Positions 49,023 to 57,776 of a stretch of DNA of 61,029 nucleotides are shown in pieces. Position numbers and translations under genes: made by a program. Positions within the stretch are counted from its first letter, which is position 1, and each line of letters opens with the position of its first letter. The notes below the pieces were generated by a model. The model did no database searches, had not been told where the DNA came from, and saw nothing but the letters and a program-made list of their open reading frames with translations. Source of the DNA: a virus (taxonomy: Duplodnaviria; Caudoviricetes); IMG/VR virus record IMGVR_UViG_3300027985_000418, positions 1-61,029 of that record. One strand, 5' to 3'.

Positions 49023-49949
49023 ATGCCAAAGATTACATATACTGATCTTCATATTCACTCAGAATTTAGCCTTCAAGACGGTATGATTAAAATTGCTGAT
49101 GATGATGATCCAAAGCATATTAAAACCGAATTAATTGAAATAGTTGAAAAACGTGGTACAGGTGCAGTAACTATTACAGACCATGGTAATATGTATGGAC
49201 ATGCAAGTTTGGCTTCAGTATGTCGCACATTTGGATTAAAACATATTCCAGGATGTGAATTCTATATAGCAACAGATTCTAGACATGATAAATCATATAC
49301 AAAACGTAGCGATAGTTATATGCATATCAATGCATGGGCAAAAAATAAGATTGGTTATGCTAATATGTGTAGATTGCAAAAAATATCATTCAATGAGGGT
49401 TTCTATTATGTGCCACGTATAGATAAAGAATTAATAGAAAAATATCATGATGAAATAATGTGGTCTGATGCTTGTATTGGTGGTACAATTTGTTCACATA
49501 TAATGACAGGTAATATCGATAAGGCATATGAAGAATTTATGTGGTATTTAAATCTATTAAGAGATGATTTCTATATAGAGTATCATAATCATCATATTGA
49601 TGATGAGGATGTGTGCAACAAATACAAAGTAGAATGGGCAAATAAACATGGTGTACCAATTATTGCATGTACCGATTCGCACTTTGTAAGAAAAGATGAT
49701 ATTGATGCACACAAAGCATTATTATGTATACAATATGGTAAGGTATATGATGATCCGACATTCAATGGGTTTCCTGGCGATGGATATTGGTTGATGAATG
49801 AGAATGAATTAATTGAAAGATTCCCAATTGAATATCTCAATAATACACAATTAATTGTTAATAAAGTTGATAATGGAATTATTGAATTTGGTGATATTAG
49901 ACCACCACAATTCAAAATTCCACAATGGTTTAAGGAGGAATTAAAATGA
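49023..49949 (+). CDS. dnaE: Stand-alone PHP domain of DNA polymerase III alpha (N-terminal part of a split DnaE)
   Basis: DLHIHSEFSLQDG, ITDHGNMYG, GCEFY, FYYVPRID, SDACIGG, TDSH; ends at the PHP/core linker PQFKIP. Confidence 0.9.
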   Translation: MPKITYTDLHIHSEFSLQDGMIKIADDDDPKHIKTELIEIVEKRGTGAVTITDHGNMYGHASLASVCRTFGLKHIPGCEFYIATDSRHDKSYTKRSDSYMHINAWAKNKIGYANMCRLQKISFNEGFYYVPRIDKELIEKYHDEIMWSDACIGGTICSHIMTGNIDKAYEEFMWYLNLLRDDFYIEYHNHHIDDEDVCNKYKVEWANKHGVPIIACTDSHFVRKDDIDAHKALLCIQYGKVYDDPTFNGFPGDGYWLMNENELIERFPIEYLNNTQLIVNKVDNGIIEFGDIRPPQFKIPQWFKEELK

Positions 49950-50095
49950 TAACAGAAAATCAAAAGCAATATATTCTAGGTCTATATAAGGATTTAGATA
50001 TGGAATGTGAAACATATTTAGATGGGTTAACAAAATCACAGGCAAGCGATTTAATACAAGAATTAATCGCATTAAAGGAGGAACAAGATGGATAA
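49946..50095 (+). CDS. Small hypothetical protein (LTKxQASxLI motif)
   Basis: AAGGAGG RBS, ATGA overlap; MITENQKQYILGL...LTKSQASDLIQEL. Confidence 0.65.
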   Translation: MITENQKQYILGLYKDLDMECETYLDGLTKSQASDLIQELIALKEEQDG

Positions 50096-50301
50096 ATTAA
50101 AATTAAGATCTTGTACATTCAAAGTCTTTGATGATACATCACTTGAATGGGTAGAAAGGATGGCTATTTTCACCAATGGGTTCTTCATACGAAGAATTTA
50201 ATGTTATCGATAGTGTAATGCAAATAACGGTTGCAATTATCGAAGATACGACAGGTCAAATATATAAAGTAATACCATTATATATTAAATTTATAAATTA
50301 G
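50088..50301 (+). pseudogene. Doubly frameshifted small phage gene (or consensus errors)
   Basis: Adding one A and one G in homopolymers near 50156-50180 restores ...EKDGYFHQWGSSYEEF...TVAIIEDTTGQIYKV...IKF. Confidence 0.55.
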
Positions 50302-50310
50302 GAGGTTACT

Positions 50311-50676
50311 ATGAGTATTATTAAGGATTTATTAAATAAGAAAAAAGAAGTCGGTGGTTATAATATAACTGTTAATGATGCATCTGATAATCTAATAAAT
50401 GAAACATTCACAACAAATAAATGGAGTCATAGTTGGTTAGCACAAGTGTCTAAGCAACATAATTTTGTCATTAATGACGATATGAAAAAAGTTAATGGTG
50501 TATTAGATGCACTTAATCGTAAATCTGGACAATGTCCATGTGGGGGTACTGGTGAACAATTTAAATGTCCATGTACAATTATGAGAGAACATGGGATATG
50601 TAAGTGTGGTCTTTTTAAAAGTATACCAAATAGACCTATTACAGGCAGATCCGATACTCCACAAATAATAAAATAA
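50311..50676 (+). CDS. Ferredoxin-thioredoxin reductase catalytic subunit-like protein
   Basis: CPC...CPC...CKCGLF motif set. Confidence 0.8.
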   Translation: MSIIKDLLNKKKEVGGYNITVNDASDNLINETFTTNKWSHSWLAQVSKQHNFVINDDMKKVNGVLDALNRKSGQCPCGGTGEQFKCPCTIMREHGICKCGLFKSIPNRPITGRSDTPQIIK

Positions 50677-50691
50677 ATCAATAATAATTAT

Positions 50692-50720
50692 TTTATAGAT
50701 CACTTAATGTGGTCTATATT
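50692..50720 (+). promoter_or_regulatory. Putative middle promoter upstream of the DnaE core
   Basis: TTTATA-N17-TATATT. Confidence 0.5.
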
Positions 50721-50759
50721 TATGTTAGGAAATTCAATAAATCTATTAGGAGGTATACA

Positions 50760-53699
50760 ATGGAAAAGAGTATGTCGGAACAATATCTATGGAGATTAAT
50801 ACATGATGGCTTATATAAATTGTATGGTGATAATATACCACAAGAAGTTATTGATCGCATTAATATTGAAATGGATGTAATCGTTCCAAACAAATTTGAT
50901 GATTATATCCTAGTTATATGGGATATACATGATTTCTGCAAAACACCATCAAGGGTATTTGAATTCTGTGAGAGAAAAGGAATTACACCACCACCAGATG
51001 GTATTATACCATTAGGTCCAGGCAGAGGATCTGTGGGCGGATCATATGTATGTTATTGTATTGGTATCCATGAATGTGATCCGTTATTATTTGGTCTTTA
51101 TTTTGAAAGATTCTTAAATCCTGAACGTATTGCATATCCCGATATAGATTTTGATATCAGTCAAAAATATAGACATATAGGATTAGCTTATATTGCAGAC
51201 ACATATGGCGAAGAATACGTATCACAAATCATTACATATGGTACATTATCATTAAAAACGGTAATACATGATGTAATGGTTACTGCATGTATACCAAATT
51301 CTGTTATTAATACTGTGAAAGCAACAATTCCAGATGATCCATCAATTACATTATCTAAAATGTTAGACGATAAAAAATTTATAGATGCATTAAATGCTAT
51401 TGAATTTCCTAATCAAATATTTACCGTCGATGCTTCAAATATACAACGTATTATTAATAATAATAAATTTGAATGCGATGATGATAAAATTAATAAACAT
51501 AATAGGGAAACTATATTAGGTATAATGTCAAAAACAATACAATCTGGCACATTAATTATCAAATCATCATGGAATGTTGACAGATTGATATACGTCATGA
51601 GTAGATTAGAGGGATTATGTAAAAATGAGTCTACGCATGCTGCAGGAGTAGTAGTTGCACCAGTAACTTTGGAAGATAATATACCACTATTTAGAAAAAG
51701 TGGTACTGGTGTATTAGCAAGTCAATATGATATGATATCGCTTGAAGAAATCGGATATCTTAAGATGGATGCACTTGGATTACGTACAGTTGATGTTAAT
51801 CATGAAGCTGAGAGATTGGTGAAGCAATGGTATGATCCACAGTTCTCAATCAGAGATATACGATATGATGATAAGGATACAATTGATCTTATTAATAGTG
51901 GCGATACAATTGGTATATTCCAGATAGAATCAACTGGATTTACTAAAATGATGCAAGACCTTGATATTGGTGGATATGAAACAGAAAGATATGCTGATCG
52001 TAATAATAATCTATTATCACAGGTAGAGAAGATACGTGGATTAGAGGTTAAAGATTTTATGTGGATATCTGCAGGATTAGCATTATATCGCCCTGGACCA
52101 TTAGATGCGATTATTGATGGCAAAACAATGGTACAGCATCTAATAGATCGTAAGTCTGGCAAAGAGCCTATAATCTATCTATTTGACGAAGAAAAAGGAT
52201 ACCTAGAAGAAACATATGGTGTACTAGTATATCAAGAGCAGGTTATGGCGAGAGTTAGACAAATGACAGGATGCTCACTTGGTAGAGCCGATATTTTACG
52301 TAAGGCAATGGGTAAGAAGAATCCTGTGTTAATGAAAGAACAGATGGATTGGTTCGTAGAATCTGCTATGAAACATCAATTTTCTGAAAAAATAATAGTA
52401 AATAAATCCCAAATAGTTGATAGAGCAAAAGAAGAAATAGAAAAATTCGCTAGATATGGATTTAATAAGGCTCATACAGTAGAATACGGACATATATGTT
52501 ATCGTAATGCATACTTCAAAAAACATTATCCTACAGCATTCTATACAGCGATATTAAATTCAGAAAATGGTAATCCAAAAAGACAAACAATATTAATCAG
52601 AGATATGTTGGCACATGATATACAGCTATCTCCACCAGATATTAACAAGTCAGATTTAGAATTTACTATGACAGACATTAATACAATAAGCTTTGGGTTA
52701 TCATCAATTAAGAATATTGGTGGCAGGGCAGTTGGTACAATTATTGATGATAGATCAAAAAATGGTGATTATAAATCATTACATGATTTTCGTATCAGAA
52801 TACCATCAACCGATTGTAATATTACTGGTATTACAAATCTAGCAAAATGTGGTGCATTTGATAATATTTGTATCAATGTTGATGGTGAGTATAGTTTTAA
52901 TAATAGAGCATCATTGGTAGAAACAATACCTGGTATATGTGATATTATTAAGAAATTATCTGCTAAAAAGGGAAAGGACAAACCTAAGCCAACTGTGGCA
53001 GAGGTTAAACAAAAATGGATTAATGGTGGATATAAATATTCAATAATACATGGAGAAGATGATCCTATTCAATATGCATTGTGGGAAAAAGAGATATTAA
53101 CATATTATATTTCTGCACATCCAATAGATAAATATACTGACGAAATACGCAGGTATGGTTCAATAGAAGATACTGAATTGGAAGATCTTCCTAATGAATT
53201 TTATATCGTTGGATTTGTTGAAAGTTGTCATGAAACAGTAATAAAAAAAGAGGGTAGGAACAAAGGCAAGGCAATGGGATTCTTGTCTATTGGTACTGCA
53301 TATAAAATGTATGAAGCTACTATGTTCCCAGGTATTTATGAATCATGTTTACCATATATAAAAACAGGTAATCCAATAGTATTAAAAGGTAAACGTGACA
53401 CTTATCGTGATGTTGTAACAATACAATGTATATATGTTAGAGGTATTACAAATACTGGAGTGAGAGATTGTCCAGAATGTCATTTGAGGATAGATAAATC
53501 TATTACACCTGCCCAAATTATTCAATTAAAATCAATATGTAATGAGCATCCAGGAATGACAAAAATGTTTATACACATATTAGATGGATACAATGATATT
53601 ACAATTGAATGCACACAAACGATAGCATTGAATGATCATATTATTGAATTTGCAGAATCTATTGGACAATTATCATATAAACCGATTCCATTAAAATAA
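50760..53699 (+). CDS. dnaE: DNA polymerase III alpha core (family C) lacking the PHP domain
   Basis: GPGRGSVGGS, FERFLNPER, PDIDFD, HAAGVV, KMDALGL, LYRPGP, YQEQ, FNKAH, HhH and OB fold; AGGAGGT RBS. Confidence 0.95.
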   Translation: MEKSMSEQYLWRLIHDGLYKLYGDNIPQEVIDRINIEMDVIVPNKFDDYILVIWDIHDFCKTPSRVFEFCERKGITPPPDGIIPLGPGRGSVGGSYVCYCIGIHECDPLLFGLYFERFLNPERIAYPDIDFDISQKYRHIGLAYIADTYGEEYVSQIITYGTLSLKTVIHDVMVTACIPNSVINTVKATIPDDPSITLSKMLDDKKFIDALNAIEFPNQIFTVDASNIQRIINNNKFECDDDKINKHNRETILGIMSKTIQSGTLIIKSSWNVDRLIYVMSRLEGLCKNESTHAAGVVVAPVTLEDNIPLFRKSGTGVLASQYDMISLEEIGYLKMDALGLRTVDVNHEAERLVKQWYDPQFSIRDIRYDDKDTIDLINSGDTIGIFQIESTGFTKMMQDLDIGGYETERYADRNNNLLSQVEKIRGLEVKDFMWISAGLALYRPGPLDAIIDGKTMVQHLIDRKSGKEPIIYLFDEEKGYLEETYGVLVYQEQVMARVRQMTGCSLGRADILRKAMGKKNPVLMKEQMDWFVESAMKHQFSEKIIVNKSQIVDRAKEEIEKFARYGFNKAHTVEYGHICYRNAYFKKHYPTAFYTAILNSENGNPKRQTILIRDMLAHDIQLSPPDINKSDLEFTMTDINTISFGLSSIKNIGGRAVGTIIDDRSKNGDYKSLHDFRIRIPSTDCNITGITNLAKCGAFDNICINVDGEYSFNNRASLVETIPGICDIIKKLSAKKGKDKPKPTVAEVKQKWINGGYKYSIIHGEDDPIQYALWEKEILTYYISAHPIDKYTDEIRRYGSIEDTELEDLPNEFYIVGFVESCHETVIKKEGRNKGKAMGFLSIGTAYKMYEATMFPGIYESCLPYIKTGNPIVLKGKRDTYRDVVTIQCIYVRGITNTGVRDCPECHLRIDKSITPAQIIQLKSICNEHPGMTKMFIHILDGYNDITIECTQTIALNDHIIEFAESIGQLSYKPIPLK

Positions 53700-53705
53700 A
53701 TTACT

Positions 53706-53762
53706 AACCGTTATTATATAGGTTATATTATAGATGTAATTTTATAGAATAACGGTTTCTTC
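53706..53762 (+). terminator. Long hairpin / terminator after dnaE
   Basis: AACCGTTATT...AATAACGGTT with an extended inner stem. Confidence 0.6.
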
Positions 53763-53791
53763 ATATATTAAAATTGAAAGGGTGATTAATA

Positions 53792-54004
53792 ATGGGAAAT
53801 AAATATCAAATATCGGCACGTCTGAATGGATATTGTATGTTTGATACCGATGGAAAATCAACAGAATCATTTATAGTTGCAATATTCTATCTAATCAAAT
53901 TTAGGATTAAATATCCAATAGTAGATCTAAAAATAAGAAATGGATATATCAAATGTAGAGATTGTGATGATGATGATTGTCCATGCAGAGGGGGTAATAA
54001 ATAA
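53792..54004 (+). CDS. Hypothetical protein
   Basis: RBS; Cys-rich C-terminus. Confidence 0.55.
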   Translation: MGNKYQISARLNGYCMFDTDGKSTESFIVAIFYLIKFRIKYPIVDLKIRNGYIKCRDCDDDDCPCRGGNK

Positions 54005-54372
54005 TGTGCGAAAGACTATGTTCGCAATGTGATTGTTATGATGAAGATTTTGGGTGTACAATGCCTAGTATAGATAAATCATATGCATGTCCATTACAAT
54101 CAAATGAAGAAGAATTCTTATCAGAGGAAGACGAGAGAAATCTTGAATTAATTATACAATTTATACATGATAATGATGATTTATGTGACTATTGTAGGTA
54201 CAAATCAGATTGTCCACATGGTATAGGGTGTGCAGGTGGAGAACCAATTTATCCACCATGTGCAGGCACTGATCCTAGTCGATATTTAAATTATGATGCA
54301 ATATTAAGGGCAATAAAGGAAGATCAAGATAATGAAAGTGAGGGAATTCAAGATGAAAAATCTCCTAAATAA
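54004..54372 (+). CDS. Cys-rich hypothetical protein
   Basis: Two Cys clusters. Confidence 0.6.
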   Translation: MCERLCSQCDCYDEDFGCTMPSIDKSYACPLQSNEEEFLSEEDERNLELIIQFIHDNDDLCDYCRYKSDCPHGIGCAGGEPIYPPCAGTDPSRYLNYDAILRAIKEDQDNESEGIQDEKSPK

Positions 54373-54658
54373 AATATTTACCAAGAAATCTAATAAAATA
54401 AATGTACCAGAAGATGATAAAACTTTATTAGATAAGGCTTATACATTAATTGGTCAATGGTGTGTGGTTGCATTTAGTGGTGAATTCAATAATGTAAAAA
54501 TAACAGGTGTTAGTGATATTATACATTATAGTGATGGCACAACAGATGTTAGATTTAAGACCGATGATTCATTTTATAATACAATATTATATGATGCAGA
54601 TACAGTAATGAACTGGGTGTATAATTGTGATGGTAAAGAATTCAAGGATTATAAATAA
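54353..54658 (+). CDS. Hypothetical protein
   Basis: ORF within the operon. Confidence 0.6.
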   Translation: MKNLLNKIFTKKSNKINVPEDDKTLLDKAYTLIGQWCVVAFSGEFNNVKITGVSDIIHYSDGTTDVRFKTDDSFYNTILYDADTVMNWVYNCDGKEFKDYK

Positions 54659-54670
54659 AGGAGAATCAAA

Positions 54671-55801
54671 ATGAAAAAGTGCGAACTAACAATATCTAGT
54701 AGTTATGTCCCAAATTGGACAATATTCAATGCTATTAGAGAATTAGTGCAGAATGCATTAGACCAGGAATTTGTTGATGCAAATAATACTATGAATATGC
54801 AATATGATGAAGATAAATGTGAGTTGACGATATCAAATAAGAATTCATCATTAACAACCAATACACTACTGTTTGGATCAACATCCAAAGCGAATGATGA
54901 AAATCAGATTGGTCAATTTGGTGAGGGATATAAAATAGCAACAATGGTGCTATTACGTGAGGGTAAGAATATTACATTCTACAATTATGGTGCTAAAGAA
55001 ATTTGGAAACCACGTATGGTAAAGTCACGCAAATACAATAATGAAAATATATTAACATTCTTCATTGACAATCAATACATATGGAATCATATACCAAATA
55101 ATAATTTATCCATTGTTATATCTGATATCTCTGCAAAAGATTATGATTATATCATAAATTCTGTTATGATTAACAGAGATACGGTCGGTAATAATTTTGT
55201 AAGTACCGAATATGGTGATATTATAACATATGATGGATATGTTGGAGATATCTTTGTTAATGGTCTATTCATAAAACACCTGGATGGGTTAGTATATGGA
55301 TATGACATAAAGCCTAAATATATTAAGATTAATCGTGACAGAACTATGGTTGATTCATTCGATATATTATACAGAACATCATCAATGGTATTATGTACAG
55401 GCAATCATGGTATTATTGACAAGGCATTGGATACTGATGATGGTAAATATATATCATATATGAATTCATTGTCATCAGAAGGTATAACTGAACAGATATG
55501 GGATAATTTTGTTGAACAGTATGGAGATCATGCAATTCCAGTTTCATCACAATATGATGCAGATAAGATTAAGTCATCAAAAATCAAACCAATTATTGTA
55601 TCACAATCAAGAATGTCTATATTAAAATCAAGTACATGCTATGGCAGTATATATCATACATCTTGTGAGGAACAACCATCTATTAAAAATATGTTAAGTG
55701 AATGGTTTAACAAAATTAATCATAGCTATTTAACATTTGATGAAGAAGATGAATTTAATAAAATCCTTAATAAGATATCTGATGAATATACAGGGATATA
55801 A
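54671..55801 (+). CDS. GHKL (HATPase_c) ATPase
   Basis: AIRELVQNALD, GSTSK and IGQFGEGYK Bergerat-fold motifs. Confidence 0.85.
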   Translation: MKKCELTISSSYVPNWTIFNAIRELVQNALDQEFVDANNTMNMQYDEDKCELTISNKNSSLTTNTLLFGSTSKANDENQIGQFGEGYKIATMVLLREGKNITFYNYGAKEIWKPRMVKSRKYNNENILTFFIDNQYIWNHIPNNNLSIVISDISAKDYDYIINSVMINRDTVGNNFVSTEYGDIITYDGYVGDIFVNGLFIKHLDGLVYGYDIKPKYIKINRDRTMVDSFDILYRTSSMVLCTGNHGIIDKALDTDDGKYISYMNSLSSEGITEQIWDNFVEQYGDHAIPVSSQYDADKIKSSKIKPIIVSQSRMSILKSSTCYGSIYHTSCEEQPSIKNMLSEWFNKINHSYLTFDEEDEFNKILNKISDEYTGI

Positions 55802-55814
55802 TATAATATAGTAT

Positions 55815-55843
55815 TTTATTACACCATTGACTGATGTTATACA
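55815..55843 (+). promoter_or_regulatory. Putative middle promoter (TTTATT-N17-TATACA)
   Basis: Same spacing as the other copies; intergenic. Confidence 0.35.
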
Positions 55844-55893
55844 AATAATGAACATCAATCAATGGTGTAAATTTATAGTAAGGAGGTGTTAAT

Positions 55894-56121
55894 ATGATAC
55901 ATAAAGATTCATCTTCTATATTAGATGATGCTAGGGCAGATCGATTGCAGGATGAATTTGATAGAAATATGCCATGTGCATCATGCTCTATCAAAGATGT
56001 GTGTAAATATCGTAATACAATACGTAAAGTGGATTATAATCCAGAAGTATTTAGTATACGAGTACAATGTAAGATCAAATGCAACTATAATAGCAAAATG
56101 CAAGACAATTACAACCCATAA
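55894..56121 (+). CDS. Small Cys-containing hypothetical protein
   Basis: AAGGAGGT RBS; CASC...VCKY. Confidence 0.6.
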   Translation: MIHKDSSSILDDARADRLQDEFDRNMPCASCSIKDVCKYRNTIRKVDYNPEVFSIRVQCKIKCNYNSKMQDNYNP

Positions 56122-56145
56122 ACAAATAAGATTGGAGAGATTAAA

Positions 56146-56463
56146 ATGAAAATTGCAAATGTTGTTATCAAATTAGTTGGTGTAACATTCAACAATGAGA
56201 ATGGTATGAGCAGACAAGGGATATTAGCCAACCTATCTAAAGGTAATGAAGTTACATTAAAACGTGAACCACAAAATCCACATGATAAGAACGCTATCGC
56301 TGTTTTATCATCATTAGGACAAATTGGGTATATCGGTAGGGATTATGCACAAATATTATCCAATATGATAGATAATGAAGACAGATTATTTACAGCTAAA
56401 ATACATGAGGTTGACACATATAAAGGAACACGATATGCATCAATTCTTATTAATGAGGTATAA
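56146..56463 (+). CDS. HIRAN domain protein
   Basis: VGVTF, LKREPQNPHDKNAIAV and IGYI motifs. Confidence 0.88.
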   Translation: MKIANVVIKLVGVTFNNENGMSRQGILANLSKGNEVTLKREPQNPHDKNAIAVLSSLGQIGYIGRDYAQILSNMIDNEDRLFTAKIHEVDTYKGTRYASILINEV

Positions 56464-56466
56464 ATT

Positions 56467-56628
56467 ATGAGATGTAGACCGATTGAATACGTAAAGAAAA
56501 ATGAAGAATTGATTCCATCATGTACAAACTGCAGAAATAAAAAATGTAAGTATGGTTACAACGGTAGACGTAAGCTAGCATCTATAACCAATAATACAGT
56601 TATCGCATGTAATGATTGGAGGAAATAA
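56467..56628 (+). CDS. Small Cys-rich basic protein
   Basis: GAGGT RBS; CTNC...C...C; below the ORF-track cutoff. Confidence 0.5.
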   Translation: MRCRPIEYVKKNEELIPSCTNCRNKKCKYGYNGRRKLASITNNTVIACNDWRK

Positions 56629-56629
56629 T

Positions 56630-56737
56630 ATGGATCAACAATTGCCATGGGAAACACCACTAATTGCTTTTATATTATCAACTATGGTTGGTAGGGTAAT
56701 TGCAGTAGATATAATAAGAACGGAGATATCAAAATGA
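56630..56737 (+). CDS. Small hydrophobic peptide
   Basis: GGAGG RBS; ATGA overlap with the next gene. Confidence 0.4.
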   Translation: MDQQLPWETPLIAFILSTMVGRVIAVDIIRTEISK

Positions 56738-57231
56738 GTAAATTTTATAATGATAATAGTATTGCACCAATTATTGCAATAGATTTTGATGGTACATTCA
56801 ATATTGAAAATGTCTATCCAGACACTGGTATAATTAGACCATATGCTAAAGAGATATGTGATTTTCTTCATGATATCGGTGTTAAAATTATTGTATGGAC
56901 ATCTAGGGATCATAATCATTCAACAAATAATATGGTCACATTCTTAAATGAAAATGATATTCCATATAACTCAATCAACAGTTCAATTGACTTTGCACCA
57001 TATTATTATGAAAGCAGAAAAATTTATGCACATATGTATGTTGATGATCGTGCATATGGATGGACGGATACACCAACAGTTATGTGTGATGTATTGAGAG
57101 AATTCTTAATATCTGTATTACATATTGAGGATCACTATGCATATACGATTGCAAGTCAAATAAAACATAACAGAAAGGTAGATAATATATATTATGATAT
57201 GTGCAAAGACGTTATCAGACAATGGAATTGA
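56734..57231 (+). CDS. HAD-superfamily phosphatase-like protein (BT0820-like)
   Basis: IDFDGT, WTSR and RKIYAHMYVDDR motifs. Confidence 0.8.
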   Translation: MSKFYNDNSIAPIIAIDFDGTFNIENVYPDTGIIRPYAKEICDFLHDIGVKIIVWTSRDHNHSTNNMVTFLNENDIPYNSINSSIDFAPYYYESRKIYAHMYVDDRAYGWTDTPTVMCDVLREFLISVLHIEDHYAYTIASQIKHNRKVDNIYYDMCKDVIRQWN

Positions 57232-57775
57232 TGTATTTTATACAGATGGTGGCTGTTATAATAATGGTGATAGTAAAGGTATAGGTGCATGGGCATTTAC
57301 TCAATATGATCCACATTATACCAATAAATCACTAGTATATGGACAATTTATTAATGGATCTGATAACACCAATAATCGTACTGAAATGTTGGCAGTTATT
57401 AATGCCATTAAATTATACAATCAAAAATCAGTTAATATAATTAGCGATAGTGGATATGTTGTTAATGGATATAATCATCCATCATATTTAGACAAATGGA
57501 AAATAAATGGATGGAAAACATCTAAGGGAGATCCAGTATTAAATCGTAGCTTATGGGAAGAATTGATATTATTATCATACTCAAATCCATTCAGATTACA
57601 ATTAATACGTGGTCATAAAAAGGATAAAGATCCAACTCACGCATATTGGAATAATATTGTAGATCATGCATGTACACTATTGATGAAAGATAGAACATTC
57701 CCAAATAATATCAATATTATGGAATATGATCATTACACACAAAGATTAACTATTATTGGAATATTGGAGGTATAA
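57194..57775 (+). CDS. rnhA: Ribonuclease HI
   Basis: YTDGGC, TNNRTEMLAV, SDSGYV, W..NGWKT, RGH and NNIVD motifs. Confidence 0.9.
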   Translation: MICAKTLSDNGIDVFYTDGGCYNNGDSKGIGAWAFTQYDPHYTNKSLVYGQFINGSDNTNNRTEMLAVINAIKLYNQKSVNIISDSGYVVNGYNHPSYLDKWKINGWKTSKGDPVLNRSLWEELILLSYSNPFRLQLIRGHKKDKDPTHAYWNNIVDHACTLLMKDRTFPNNINIMEYDHYTQRLTIIGILEV

Positions 57776-57776
57776 A

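Noticed and set aside
49950-50759. Split intein or group I intron interrupting dnaE
   Set aside because: No Cys/Ser intein start or His-Asn end, no homing endonuclease; the gap holds ordinary ORFs with RBSs and the core has its own RBS and promoter motif
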